Shown here: positions 1 to 12,979 of the stretch, in pieces
Position numbering within the stretch: position 1 is the first letter of the stretch
Layout: the number at the start of each line of letters is the position of its first letter
NCBI RefSeq assembly: GCF_000315625.1
Contig: NW_005434649.1
Location: 310,001 to 374,000 of the forward strand
DNA length: 64,000 bases
Source: Guillardia theta CCMP2712
Taxonomy: Eukaryota; Protista; Cryptophyta
Direction of reading: 5' to 3'
Translations under genes and position numbers: made by a program
Notes under the pieces: model-generated
Databases searched by the model: none
What the model was told of the DNA's origin: nothing
The model's input: the letters and a program-made list of their open reading frames with translations, nothing else

Positions 1-1836
1 CGTTGACGAGTCCGCGGTAGAAGGTGAAGGCCACGGCCTGAAGCGATGTCTCGTGTCAGTTGCACAGGCACCCGACGCTCAAGCGTCTCCCGCACCCCAG
101 TGTTGACGATCTTCTTCTTCTTAGCGTCATGGTCCTCGTTTCTCGGGAGGAAAGTATTGAAGAAGGTTCTGCAGGACGAGTGAGGGGGGAGGCGAAGACG
201 GCGAAGCATGCAAGTACTTGAAGTACAGAGAGTGTCCGTTCACGATGATGGTATTCTCCCCGCTCTTGGTGTGAGGGCTGTCGAAGCACCAGGAAGAGAA
301 CCTGCGACGGTTTCAAGCTCAATGGCAAATTCTCGCTGTCCGCATGAGGGAAGGGAAGCTGAAAGCCGAAGTTCCCACCTGATCACACGCTCTGCCGCCG
401 ACTCGAAGACAAGCTTCTGACCAGCGTTGCCCGACGTCTGCTCGCGCGTCAGTGGGCAGCACACGTGACAACCCACGTCATCGACCTCGAAGAGCTCTCC
501 AAAATTTGCGTTCGGGTCCTCCAGCAGCTGCTGGAGCCGATCGAGGGGCGGGACACCCATAGGGGGGGAGAGTGCCATAGTGTCGACGTTGCGAGAGATC
601 TCTTGGAGGTCAGAGAGGATATGAATCTTCTCCTTGGTCCTCTGAGCCATTGCAGGATGTGTTAGGCAACGGGCCCCTCCTCCTCCTCGACGCCATACCT
701 GCAGTCTCCCCCACAGTGCGACTGTGCCAGTCTCGACGCACCTTCGAAGATTGGAGGACACGATGATGGATTTCCCCTGCGCGCATGAGGTGTAAGAGGA
801 CGAGGCGCTGCGGGAGCCCTGGAGATCACTTGGTTTCCTGCCAGGATGTCGACAAGGCTGCGGCAAGAGTCAAGGGGTCAGCTTCACACCAGGGAGAAAG
901 GACCGGTCCTTGTTATTCTGCCCCTCGAAGAGAAACTTGAGCAGCAGCCTTGCCTGGTTAGCCCCATCGCTGAAGAGCGTTGCCTCACACACCAGAGCCA
1001 TCGCTCCTCTTCAAGGGTTGAACCTGTTCAGCGGCGAGTCTAGGAAGATGGAGTCGCCCTTCATCATGCAGAAGAACTGCCCAAGGAAGGTGAACGGGGC
1101 TGTCTGCGACTGCAGGGGTGCTACCTCGAGGAAGAGTGCCCGAATGAGGCGCAAAACAATCAGAAACACCTTCATGATCCCCTTGTCCTTGTTGAAGACT
1201 CCATTCCACTCACTCTCGCCGTGGCGAATGAAGATCATGTCGACCCTCTTCAGAGCAGCAAGTCATCGTCAGCTCATTAGCACGGCCCGACCCTCCTGCA
1301 CCTGCAGGTTTGAAGCGTTCTTGATCAGGTCTGGGTCTGGTAGACTCTTAAGGCGCCCCTTGAAGTTGCTCTCGGTCGTGAAGATCATGTGAGCGTACGC
1401 CCTTCACATCGATCAGAACAGGATGAGATGCTCCGGCTCACCTCAGATATTCCACCATCCTCTTGGTGACATTTGCAACTGAAGGACTGCAGCGATTGGT
1501 CACTCATACAACAAGCATGAGGGCCCTGGATGTATGAACCCCCTCCTCCATGGGCGACACCCACTCTTGCTCTCTCCTTCTCATCGCCTCTCCTGCTGAC
1601 AGCGACAACCACTGCATGTTCACAATCCTTTCAATCTTATATCCTCTCTAGTGCTGTCCTGACTTGACTTGTTTTGACCTGACCTGCGCTGAGCTGAGCT
1701 GAGCTGACCTGAGATAACCTGAGCGGAGCTGATCTAAGCTGTTCTGACTTGTAATCAACTCTCACCTGATCGTCGACATCACTCCCAGCATCGCCACCGG
1801 CGCCCCCACGAGAATCGGGATCGGAACACCAGCCAT
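1..1836 (-). CDS. Histidine phosphatase / phosphoglycerate mutase-like protein, multi-exon, 3' end beyond window start
   Basis: Catalytic motif IFIRHGESEWN near 1205-1238; downstream exons give SSNLRRCVETG, LQEISRNVD and IIVNGHSLYF, typical of PGM-family phosphatases. Putative start MAGVPIPILVGAPVAMLGVMST at 1836. GT-AG introns. Confidence 0.75.
1655..1755. repeat. Degenerate pentanucleotide repeat (GCTGA/CCTGA)n, probably intronic
   Basis: gctgagctgagctgagctgacctgag... visible directly. Confidence 0.7.
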
Positions 1837-2024
1837 GGTTGGGGAGAGGCTCTACCGAACAGCAGGGGTCCCTTTGACTTTGAATCCAGGGGTGAGACGC
1901 CACTTTGTGTTCTCCAGCGGTAAATTTACAGTAATTGGAGGGGGTAGGGGTGGGTACATGCTGAGGCGGACCTCATATCGCGGTCAGAGGGACTAAAATG
2001 GGCGTGTGAACACAGCAGTGAACC

Positions 2025-2055
2025 CTGCTCCTGCTCCTGCTCCTACTCCTGCTCT

Positions 2056-2141
<86 letters not shown>
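2025..2141. repeat. (CTCCTG)n hexanucleotide microsatellite, ~19 units
   Basis: Direct observation. Confidence 0.95.
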
Positions 2142-2142
<1 letters not shown>

Positions 2143-2437
2143 CTTGATCCTCCCACTCTGAGGCTCCTCCTGCCGCCCATGTCTTAGTATCCGATCCAGT
2201 AGTATGTTGGTGACCGGTGCTGTAATGAGTTTGGACTGAGTTCCGAGTCGAACATGCTTAGCTGCTCACTGAGTCAGCTTGTCTGCATCAGGTACAAAGG
2301 TGAGAAGGCGCCTGGCTCGTTGGACTACGCCAGACCGTCGTCTCTCGGAGGATCACTGACTCGCATTGAACTTCGTTGGGTCTTCGTGGCTCACTGTCTG
2401 CCTGCATTTATCGTTTCAGCTCAGCGGCTCCGGGAGG

Positions 2438-5400
2438 ATGGTTCTCCCAGGTGTGCAACAGCGAGCATCAGCCTCCTCCCGCGCATCTCAGTTGCTGACT
2501 GGACCCACTGGCATCGCAGAGGTCGTCGCGTCGCTGAGGAGGAGGCACACGCTGTCTGAGTCGCAGAACCACCTTGGCAGCAAGTCAACGGTCGGCATCG
2601 TCCTAGAGGGCGTCCAGGTCATCCTCATCAGTCTTCCTCGACTTCTTGCTCCTCTTAGCTCCTGCTACTCCCCTGTGCTCTCCCCCCCCCTTCCTCCTTA
2701 CCCGTACTGTTCGAACTGACAGTTTGGTAGGTCTCTATGGTGGTTCCAGGTGGCCCTGCGTTCAAGGCTGGCAAGGGAAGTAAGGGCAGGCGAGCTAGGC
2801 TGAGTTAGAGTCAGCTGATGTCATATTGGGCTGCAGGCAGCAAGATCGAAAAGTCTGACTCAGTGATCTCGATCGACGGGAAGACGACGACGACAGGGAA
2901 CGTGATTCAGCTGCTCCGAGGCTCAGACGAGATCGGCAGTCGGGTAAGGACGAGAGAGAGGGAGTGCGAGGAGGATGACGGGGAGACCAGGTGACGATAC
3001 AGGTCGAGAAACCTGACAAAGGCAAGTCAACGCTGACCTTGACCCGTGCGGACATGCGATCGGTTGATAAGGTTCTCATGCTTGAGGGCGTGCGGTGGAT
3101 CCTGACTTCGATGTAGGTGAAGGACCTCTACCTCCAGTTGGCGGAGCTGCTGGCCGAGGCCCGGGCTCCTCGCCCGGAGAAGGTGGACGGCCTTGCTCGA
3201 GCTATCGAGGTTGGAGGAGCCTGTCCTGTTGTCCTGTCCTGTCCTGTCCTGTCCTGCGTCTGACTGGCCGCACTGGCAGAAACAAGTCTCTATCGTGACC
3301 GACTGGAACCAGAGGGTGGAAGAGGCTCTGCGAGAGCATATAGCCGATCTTGAGGCTCTTTGCAGTGAGACGCTCGACGGCCTTCATTCGAGCGAAGCTA
3401 CCGCGAGGTCCAGGCTGGAAGAGAACACGCTGATCAGGAAGGAGCTGTTGGCGGCGCTGGAGGAGCGGGACCGTCTGTTTGAGTCTCTCAACTCTGCGAA
3501 GCAGGAGGGTCAACGGAGTGCGCATGAGCTCGAGGATGCGATGGCGAAGCTGAAGGAGTCGGAGAGGGTGCGGCAAGAAGAGGCGTCAGAGCTGAGAGAG
3601 AAAATGAAGAGAGTTGAGGAGAAGTCCTTAAGAGACTTGAATGGGCTCAGAGAGCAGATGCAGCGGCTGGAGCAGGAGCATGCTTCTGCGGTGAAGGAGT
3701 TGCAGGAGAGTATGTTGAGTGGGGAGGAGGAGCAGAAGCGGAAGCTTGCGAGCCGAGAGGAGACAATAACAAAGTTGCAGAGTGAGAGAGAAGAGCTCGT
3801 GCGGGCTCGTCAGGAGTTGAGTCATCAACTTCTAGCTATAAAAGGGGAGGTCGAATCCAAAGCTCAACAGATCTTAACCTTGAACGACAAGCTCCGCAGC
3901 CTTACGACAGACAAGGCAGGGCTGGAGAGGAGAGTGGCGGCGCTGACGGAGGCGGAAGAGACGAGGCGGAAGGAGGGGGAGAGGCTGAAGAGCGAGATCG
4001 ACGAGCTCGGGCGCAGCCTCCAGGCAAGCAAGGATGACGTCAGCAAGCTTGAGGACGCAAGGCATGAGCTCGAGCTGCGCTGCGAGGGGATGGAGCGGCT
4101 GGTGGTGGACAAGAACGCTCTGCTGGAGCAGAAGAGCAAGGAGATCGAGCAGATGATGGCAGACAGGAAGGAAAAGGCGCAGGAGCTAGCAAGCATGAGC
4201 GACAAGCTCCGCAGCCTTACGACAGACAAGGCAGGGCTGGAGAGGAGAGTGGCGGCGCTCACGGAGGCGGAAGAGACGAGGCGGAAGGAGGGGGAGAGGC
4301 TGAAGAGCGAGATCGACGAGCTCGGGCGCAGCCTCCAGGCAAGCAAGGATGACGTCAGCAAGCTTGAGGACGCAAGGCATGAGCTCGAGCTGCGCTGCGA
4401 GGGGATGGAGCGGCTGGTGGTAGATAAGAACGCTCTGCTGGAGCAGAAGAGCAAGGAGATCGAGCAGATGATGGCAGACAGGAAGGAAAAGGCGCAGGAG
4501 CTAGCAAGCATGAGCGACAAGCTCCGCGGCCTTACGACAGACAAGGCAGGGCTGGAGAGGAGAGTGGCGGCGCTCACGGAGGCGGAAGAGACGAGGCGGA
4601 AGGAGGGGGAGAGGCTGAAGAGCGAGATCGATCGGTTTATACAGGAGAAGGAGAAGCTGTGCAGTGACCTTGAAACATCACAGAGACTGCTGAGCGATGC
4701 TCGAGCCATGTATGAGAAAGAGAAATCAGAGCACGACCAGTACAAGGAGACGATGCTGAGGGAGCAGAAGCAGCATCTCGAAGTGGTGGAGAGGCTGGAG
4801 GAAGATGCGAGGAGACTACAGTCGTGCCTCGCTCAGGCTGAAAGTGACAAGCAGGCACTGGGAGAGCAGGTCAAAGCCTTGTCCACGAGGCTCTCGGAGG
4901 AGGAAAAGAGCAGGAAAGAGTTGGAGGTCAGTCTGAAGGGAGCTGATGAGCAGCTGGAGGAAGCTCGGAGGGAGAGCTCGGAAAGATTGCGAGAAGCGGA
5001 GGGGCAGCGTCAGGAGCTTGCGAGGCTCCAGCATGACCTGGAGGCGTCGCAGGTCAAGCTAGAGGAGCTGAGTAGTCAACTCGAGGACGGCATGAGAGCA
5101 AGGAGAGATGCGGAGGAGCGACTCGCAGGCGTGCAGGAGAGGCTGGAGGGAGAGGAGGCACGCGCGAGCTCCCTTGCTGAGCAACTGCTGCATGCCAACA
5201 AGCTGGCGGAGGACTTCGGGGATAAACTTCACGAGCTTGCTGACAAACGAGCCTGGTACGATCAGCTCGCCTTCTTGGTGAAGGACTTGAAGTACCGAGA
5301 GCTGGTGCTGGAGCTGCAGAAGGAAATCCGACGCCTGGAGAGCAGGAAGGACGACTATGCTGCAAGGCTGGACGCGCTGAACTTGGAGCACGGCAAGTTG

Positions 5401-6831
5401 AAGGAGGCGCATCAGAGGTTAGAGCACTGCTCCGAGCAGCAATTCGAGATGAAGTTTGAGAGCATGCGCGGCAAGATGCGGGAGATGGAGGAGAGGATCC
5501 TCTGTGAGAGGAAACAACTTCACGTCGACCTGGAGCGTGAGAAGGAGCTGAGGGCGGGGTTGGAGGAGCAGCTGAAAGATGCCAGCACTCGTGTCCTTGA
5601 GCTACAGCAGCTCCTTGATGAGAATGTGGAGAGAACCGACCAGGCTTTGCGGTACCTGCTCCTCCCTCCTCCCTCTCTTTTCCTACCCTCATTTCTCTCC
5701 TGTCCTCCTCCTCCTCCTCCTCCTCCTCCTCCTCCTCCTCCTCCTCCTCCTCCTCCCTCTCCTCCTGCGCCTCACTCCGCCCAATTCCTTCCCCCCCTCC
5801 CCTGCCGCTCTCTCCTTCTCGTCAAGACTTTAACTTGTGCGTTAGCTCGGCAAGGGAGCAGCTTGTGAGCGTCAAGGCAGACTACGAGCGAGAGAGAAGC
5901 AGCTGGACCCAAGCAGCGAGCAGAGCAGAGGAGGCGTACAAGGAGAAGCTCCTTGGGGTTCAGGGAGAGTGTCAGGAGCAGACAGACGAGGTCGGGAGGA
6001 AGGTGCTCGCCCTCAACACTGAGCGACTGGAGCTGTTGGCAAGTCTGCAGGAGACGCAGGAGCTCTACAGGATGGAGCTGACGAGGAGTAAGGCCCTCGA
6101 GAACGCGGTCAAGGAGCTGAACGCTCAGTCGCAAGAGATCGGCATTCAGCTGAGCAAGCAGCTGGACGAGAAGGAGCAGCTGCAGCGGCAGGTCGCAGCT
6201 CTGCAGGAGAAGGTCGAGAGTGTGCACGGGGTCGATCATGACAGGCAGAACGGCAAAGACAGGAGCAGTAATGCCCGCAATCAAAGTCTCCACAACTCCT
6301 CCCTTGTTCGACTTTCTTATTCTCGTTTCCTCCTCAGGCGTTGGAGCGGAGGCCCTGCAGGAGCAAGAGACGATCGACATGCCCCACGTGCTCAGCTCTG
6401 TCCGCCCGCTCTGGCTGCAGCCGCAGACTGTCGGTAAGGCTGACGTGCTCGAAACTCCTTGCAGACGAGCCTGACAAGGCTTGTAGTCCCGGACAACAGC
6501 ATCAAGACGCAGGTACTGCAGGACTTGAGGAAGGTGGAGGAGGAAGAGAACGTGGGGAAGGACAAGGATGTCGGCATGGACGGAGTTCCTTCGTCAGGTA
6601 CTCGCTTCCTCCTATCGCTGGGCTGATAAAGTGACAGAGCCTGCTTCCCTCCGCTGCGAATCCTGCGGGATCAGAGACGCTGCTCCCCTCGTCATGGGCT
6701 ACGGGCCGCAACATGGTGCGGGAGATAGAGGAAGAAGGCTCGCAATCACCTGCTCCTGCAGGTCGATGGTGCCCGAGGTTCTCCTGGAAGCGATGACAGG
6801 GAAGAAGATGGAGAAGATGAATGGAGGGTGA
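2438..6831 (+). CDS. PDZ-domain plus long coiled-coil protein, multi-exon, start approximate
   Basis: Spliced 5' exons read STVGIVLEGVQVSMVVPGGPAFKAG..KIEKSDSVISIDG..VIQLLRGSDEIGSRVTIQVEK (PDZ-like), followed by >900 aa of E/K/R/L-rich heptads (ORFs 3193-5868 and 5835-6437). Confidence 0.75.
3885..4631 (+). repeat. Near-identical 315-bp (105-aa) tandem repeat, ~2.4 copies, inside the coiled-coil exon
   Basis: gacaagctccgc starts at 3886, 4201 and 4516, with only a few substitutions between copies. Confidence 0.95.
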
Positions 6832-7227
6832 GAGAGAGAGCGGTAGGGACAAGGGGAGAGATAGCGAGAGCAGGAAGAGAGAGAGGAAGGGAACGGGGCA
6901 GCTGCACGAGGTGGGAGAAGAGGAGGGAAACATGGGAAATAGTATGTTAGGAAAGGGCAAAATTTTGATGATGAGGTTGAGATGTATAATTTCACAGCAA
7001 ACCCAAAGTACCGAATCTATCAATACAAACAAGACAATGTTTCTTTCAGCTTTTTCTTCCTTGGAGGATCCCGATGAGCAGCGTCCAGCATGAGTGGGCA
7101 GCAGAGCAGAGTACAATCAACGGAGGAAACAAAGAGGAGCATCCGGTGGAAAGAGTGGGAAGCAGACAACAAGTCGAGAAGACGAAATGAATAGGAGGAG
7201 GAGATATGAGATCGGGGAGACACAAGT

Positions 7228-7999
7228 TCACTCGTCAGGGTATCCGGAGTCAGGTGACAGACCCGAAAGGACATTCTTCTCGGGGATGGATTTGTCCGTC
7301 TTTCCCCACACGTAGGGCTTGTCGTCTGACACCTCGTCCAACACATTCTTCTCCGGCTTGTACTCCCTGCCACTCCCGTCACCGAGTCTCCTATTCTTTG
7401 TCCTCTCCCTGCCCCTGCTCCCCTCCCCTCCCCTCCTCTCTTGCTGCTCTCCTCCTACCTGAACGGTCTTCCCAGGCTGTGCTCTCCTATCTGGTAAGCC
7501 TCGTCCTCACTGCCAGTGTCGAGCACGTTGTGCTCCTTCAGCGCGTCCATGGGGCTGTCGCCGTCCCAGTGGTGCCACTCGTGCCCTCCTGCAACTTCAT
7601 TGAAAGGGTAATTGTCGGGCAGGCTGTCGAACGGGTTCTCATCCTTCTCCTCTGCAAGTGAGTGGTACTTGGGAGCATGGTAGCCCTTGTCAAAGTCCTC
7701 GAAGACGTTCTTCTCCGTCGGCTGCTTCTTGTAGGGCGGCTGCTTGTAGCCCTTGTCAAAGTCGTCGAAGACGTTCTTGTCCGGGAGGTTCTCGGCCCAG
7801 AGAGTTTGCATCCTCTGCCGAGATAGAAGATGCTTTTCATTCAATCGCAAGCACAATGGTAAGCACAGACCTGCTTCAATGCCGCGGCTCGGACATGACG
7901 GGGTATCATGACGCTCTCCTCTTTTCTGCCAGAAGTCGCGAACAACGCGACCGCAACGGTGCTGACGAAGAGAAGCAGAGCCGTCAGAAGGTGTTTCAT
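7228..7999 (-). CDS. Small secreted acidic protein with repeated (E/D)xN(V/P)(F/L)(D/E/S) motifs, 3 exons
   Basis: Signal peptide MKHLLTALLLFVSTVAVALFA; GT-AG introns at ~7815-7870 and ~7367-7457; spliced ORF ends SGYPDE-stop at 7228. Confidence 0.7.
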
Positions 8000-9266
8000 G
8001 ATGCCCTGCACCATGAACAGTCAAAACTGACATGACGTTCAGCAGCAATGCATCTATTGGCTCATTTTTTTCCTTCAAGCTAGAAAATTTCGACAAGCAA
8101 CATCTGTGGGCAAATCGGTTCCAACGGTCACCATCCTGCTCCGAGTGGGCCATAGATCTACCAACAGCTCACTGCTCGTGGTACTTGTCCTCTTATCTTG
8201 CCCTCGTCGTCCTCTCATCGCCATAAAACCTCCCTGATCCCTCCCTGCCCTCCTGCACTGCTAGCCATTGCATTTCGATGCCTGTTCACCTCACATCGGT
8301 TACCGAATGCATGGGCCGTTACAGATATGTGTGATTGCTAGCTTTGAGGCAGTGCGTTGCACGAGAATCGAATCACTTTTACAAAGCTATAACTTTTATA
8401 TTATTAAAAACATTTTCAATGTGGTACTGTTTCTACAAGACGTTGACCCTTCGACAGTACCAAATTGACAGATTTTGTACCCCCTTGCAAATTTTCGGAG
8501 ATACTTCACACCCTACCTCCCCATTGAATATGAAATGTACCCATGTGTTGGGTTCATTCGGGTTTGAGAACCCCACCCATGTGTTGACATCTGGTCCCCA
8601 AAAGTATTCTCTGAATTGTAACTGCCCTCTATAAATGTTATAGATGGTGAAATTTGTACTGTTCAAGCGTTTTTGGTATTATTATAAACTAACTGCTGAA
8701 GTAGAAGGTACAAAATATCTGTATATAATTTTTAAAGAAGGGTATGAATTTCAGTGTAACAATACCAATCATATAATGTTTTCGGATCTTAATTACTGCT
8801 TTTTAGTTTTTACAAGGAGAAGTTTTGACTGTGAAAGCAATGTCCTGTTGTGAATCCAAATTTATCTATGAAAATCAGAATTTTTGTCAGATAATTTGAG
8901 AAGCCAAATTTAAATTTCGTCAACTAGAAACCCCTATTCGGTAATCCCTGGGCCCCCATTAGTTACGTGACCAGATCGTCGTCCTCCTGTTTTCACACTG
9001 GGCCTGGAGCCGCGATCATATCTTTGTTGCCGCACTCCCTCCTCGTCTTCGTCTGCCTCGTTCTCATCATTGACCCATCAATTGTGTCTCCTCCTCCTCA
9101 TCTCGTGCTTGTGAGATACTCTCTTGATCAAGACACTGCATAGTCTTGCTTGTTGAGTCCTCTACAGCCTCGGATCTGAAGAGAGGGGACTGAAACTTAC
9201 CCACGTTCTCTGCCAAGGACCTATCTGTCTTCGATATCTTGGTTATTCTTCTTCAACCGTGATACA

Positions 9267-9746
9267 ATGCCGGAATCATATTCTACAGAAGTTTTATGCA
9301 CTCAAGCGGAGCTGAACTTGCACTTGTCCGAAACGCAGGAAGAGCAGGTCCACAAAGACATCATCGCCAGGATGATTTTTGACGCTAGCTCTGCGCCCAA
9401 ACACCGTCTGGCAGCGGATGGAGAAGGAAGCCCAGAGTCGTCAAGGGTCCAGGAGCCGTTCGTGCAGATAAATGCGGGATCGTCGAAGCAGCGCAATGCT
9501 TCAGACGAAAACAGAGGAGCACGCAGGAGCGTTGAGCTTGGGTGCAACAAGCGACAGGGTCCAAAGATTTATTCCGATCAAATCATTTACGGGCCAGTGC
9601 CAGGTTGGGAGAAGACCGGATGCGGAAAAGATCCGATGAACTGCTTTATTCCGTGGATTGATCTCTTGCTTCCTGCATCTTCTCAACATGGATCCAATAG
9701 AGAACAGCGGAACGAAGCTAAACCTCTGCGAGAGTGGAACTTTTGA
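9267..9746 (+). CDS. Intronless hypothetical protein, 159 aa
   Basis: ATG-initiated ORF followed by AT-rich 3' region with AATAAA; no recognised domain. Confidence 0.55.
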   Translation: MPESYSTEVLCTQAELNLHLSETQEEQVHKDIIARMIFDASSAPKHRLAADGEGSPESSRVQEPFVQINAGSSKQRNASDENRGARRSVELGCNKRQGPKIYSDQIIYGPVPGWEKTGCGKDPMNCFIPWIDLLLPASSQHGSNREQRNEAKPLREWNF

Positions 9747-9898
9747 AACAAGTTGTTTTTAGTTGCGACAGCACGTGATATCCTTAGATGTAGTTCACCG
9801 AAGAGAAGTTTGTGATTATGAAACACGATCAATTGTTGTACATGCGGAGTCTAATGTTAATAAAAAGAATAAATTGTTTACACTGTGCAAAGTCTTCC

Positions 9899-10975
9899 TC
9901 ATGGTGTCTCTGTTCTGCTTTGTATGTGCTTAATCATTGCATTCACAAAGCGCGATCTCCCTGAGGTTTTCCTTGTCAATCTTGATTGAGCATACATGAC
10001 ATTCGGATCAGCAGGTTGAACCCCTCCACTTCGGTCCTGTTGCTGCAGAGGGATTGGAGGAGCCAGCAATGGACGATAGTTCTGACAGGGGAAATGGGGG
10101 TTTGACCTGAGAGCTAGATCAATGCAGTACATGCAGGTGTGGATTTCGAAGTTGTTGAGGCTTACTTGCAGAGGTCGTACACGTCGAAGTTCGTGCTCAT
10201 GGAAAACCTTCCATCCTTGCAAAAGAGCAAGAGCCTAGTGCACAATAAATCAGCGAGTAAGATCTCGAAGGTCCCTCCTCTCGAACTCCATAACTTACCC
10301 TGCAAACAAAATTGCAAGTGGAATGATGATATACTTCCTGCATGGAAGTTTCAGGATGTCAAGTCAACGTGCCTGTAAGTAGCCGTACATCATAGACACT
10401 GGCCCCAGGCTTGCCTTAGCAAGTCGTTTTTCTGCTGAAGTCAGACCTCTTCCTGTAAAATTGCCTTGAACTGTTTCAACCATTCCGCCATCGTCCTCTT
10501 CACAAACGTCCCTCATTGCCATCTCCTCGCCTGGCAAGATTGAAGATCTCTCCATCAATGATCTGACATACACAGCACTATCATACGGGTAGTTACTGCT
10601 CTTGAGTGTTGTGGATATGCCTTTCCCCTGACTTTCCTCATGATTTCTCCTGCTGTTGTTGTGCGATTCGAATTTTTCCTCAACACCAAACTTGACGCTT
10701 GGAGATCGCTGGTTCACTTGATTTCCCTCTGTCACGCTCCTTGCATCCTCATCAATTTTTTGCCAGATCCATCGTCCTTTCACCTTCCTTTTCTCATGCC
10801 GTGGTGCTTCGAACTGCACTCGTTCCGACAAGCTCTCATTTCTCGGCATGGAAGAATCGACGTCAGAATCATTTTCGCCATCGTCCACTGCGTTCAGCAT
10901 TATCTTAGCCAACCTCGCTGCTGTCTCATGCTCCATCCTCACCCTCACTCGCTTTTCTGTGCCCGCCTTGCTCAT
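9899..10975 (-). CDS. Hypothetical single-pass membrane protein, multi-exon
   Basis: Charged N-terminal exon (ORF 10364-10975) can be spliced to KYIIIPLAILFAGLLLFC, a hydrophobic helix; GT-AG introns; 3' end approximate. Confidence 0.55.
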
Positions 10976-12200
10976 TTCCTGACTCTCCTACATACTAGCA
11001 GTTACAAACGGTTATGGTTATGTGGGCAGGGCCCGGGCCCGGCTTGGCAAGTTGAGCTGCCAAAGCCCGGCTCAGTGCCGGTCCTCCGGCCGCTCGCGAC
11101 GGGCACGATTTGTAGCCAACATACTGAAAGATCTATTGACTAGCAAGTTATACTTAATCGAGGTATTCGGTACAAATTTGACTTTTTTGTGTTGTGCATG
11201 TAGTGCTCGGAGCTCGTAGGGTTAAAGTTCTTTTTAGCGTTCTGCTGTGACGAAAATGACCCATGGTCATGCACAGCTGTACCCACCCCCACTGAAATAT
11301 ATCTATCACACCCCTTCTCGATGTATAGTACAGTTTTACTACACAGTGTCGAAGCACCCCTCGGATTAGTGCCGATACCCCCTCAGACATATTTCAGCCC
11401 GGTCTCAACAGGGGGTCGGTAGCTCATGATGAGTTTTGATGGTTTTATAATTGTTTATCAGAGCTTTTTAAAAGTATGACATCACCCACCTTTCGGACAA
11501 AGAGGTCGATATCACCCCTACCCCCTTCCTTCAGCTCAAGGCCACACCTGCAGCCGAACCTCCCAATTCAACCTCCAAGGTGGGTTCAATACCCCAGAAA
11601 AATCCTACAAATAGAGGGGTGAACATCAGTCAAGAGTACCCATCCACCCCTTCAGCTCAACTTGTGAGCACCCACCCATGGATTGTAACAACAACACCCA
11701 CCTGGCAACACAAACTACCACAAAGGCCTTTTCTTTCAGCAAAAACCTTTTGTTCAGCGGTGCGATCGTACACCACCCCCTTTTTTAGGGGAAATATACG
11801 GGTGGTCCTGTTTAGTCCTTGCCTTTCCGCCCCCTCAAAATCGAGCATCGCGAAAACTCTCAAATGTTCGCGTGTCTTCACTGAAATATTCAGAAACATC
11901 ATCCAGAATTTTCAAATATTTAAAAAGAACTTCAAAATTGAAACCCCAAATTGCCATTTATAAGAACCAAGTACGTCAGATTCGCTAGTACGTAAACGAG
12001 GGCAACTACACTCCAACAAGTGGCCAAGGAGAGCGTTGTGCAGAAAGAAAGAGAGGACAGCTCAAGCAAGCATAGAAATAAGAGAGAGCAAGAGCAGAAG
12101 CAAGAGCAGAAGCAAGAACAAATAGCCAAAAACAAGTTTGAAGACTCCGGAAGGACTGAACGCGAGCAAGCCGAGATTGGCTGAGGGCAAGTGAACCAAG

Positions 12201-12668
12201 ATGAAGCAGTCTTGCGATACCAACCTACTCAGTCCATGCTCATCACACAAGCTGTGTGTCGCAGAGCTGTTCTTCTTCGAGGAGCTCAGCAGGACTTGTG
12301 GAGTCGACGTGGCTTCTTCGTGGTTAAAATCCGTCTCGATTTCACCAACTCGATCGCAAACGTCTTCCGTTGAACCAGGCAGCTCACCAGTTTCGCCAAG
12401 GCAGAGACCAAGCTCGGTTGAGCTACAAAAGGCAGCAAAGGGGACCAGAAACAAGAAAGGCTTGTCCTTGAACTGCGTGCCGACAGCCATTAGCCTACCA
12501 ACCACACCTAAGTCGTTTTTTGATTCTATGGAGCCTACTGACTGTCTGCTTCAAGCGATACTCAAAAAGAAGGAAATGCAGAAGTTTCAGACCAAGCTCG
12601 GATCAAAAGCTGGATTACTTTACACGTCAGAGGCCAATTTGGTTCTGGACGATGCAATCGAATGTTGA
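12201..12668 (+). CDS. Two-motif orphan family member A, intronless, 155 aa
   Basis: Motifs VAELFFFEELSRTCGVDVASSW and GLLYTSEANLVLD, shared with three other ORFs in the window. Confidence 0.8.
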   Translation: MKQSCDTNLLSPCSSHKLCVAELFFFEELSRTCGVDVASSWLKSVSISPTRSQTSSVEPGSSPVSPRQRPSSVELQKAAKGTRNKKGLSLNCVPTAISLPTTPKSFFDSMEPTDCLLQAILKKKEMQKFQTKLGSKAGLLYTSEANLVLDDAIEC

Positions 12669-12979
12669 AAGAGTGTGCAAATTTCATAGTAGGAAACATG
12701 TATCATAGGCTGCAAGTCAATCGGGCATTGAATTTTTGTTCAAAGATAATGAATCCGTTCAAAAATCAATGAAATGCTTGATACGTATGACTATTTCATA
12801 ATCCGCATCGTCTGTTGGTTTTGCGCTTCCGAACTGGTATCATCAAGTATGTTATGTTCGTGTAATATGCACGGGTGGCAAGTTGCGAGGAGAAGACATG
12901 CCCAAGTTTAAGGCAAGTCAACAATCTTGTTACAATTTTTATTTATCGTAGTATGTGTCTTTATCAGCTCTAGTCCATC

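Noticed and set aside
3864-4745. 293-aa Ser/Leu-rich minus-strand ORF with repeats
   Set aside because: Antisense shadow of the coiled-coil exon
5652-5870. Poly-proline tail of the 891-aa ORF
   Set aside because: Read-through into an intron containing a (CCT)n microsatellite; the same applies to Pro/Ser/Leu tracts at ~29875, 33440, 35740, 37010 and 37330
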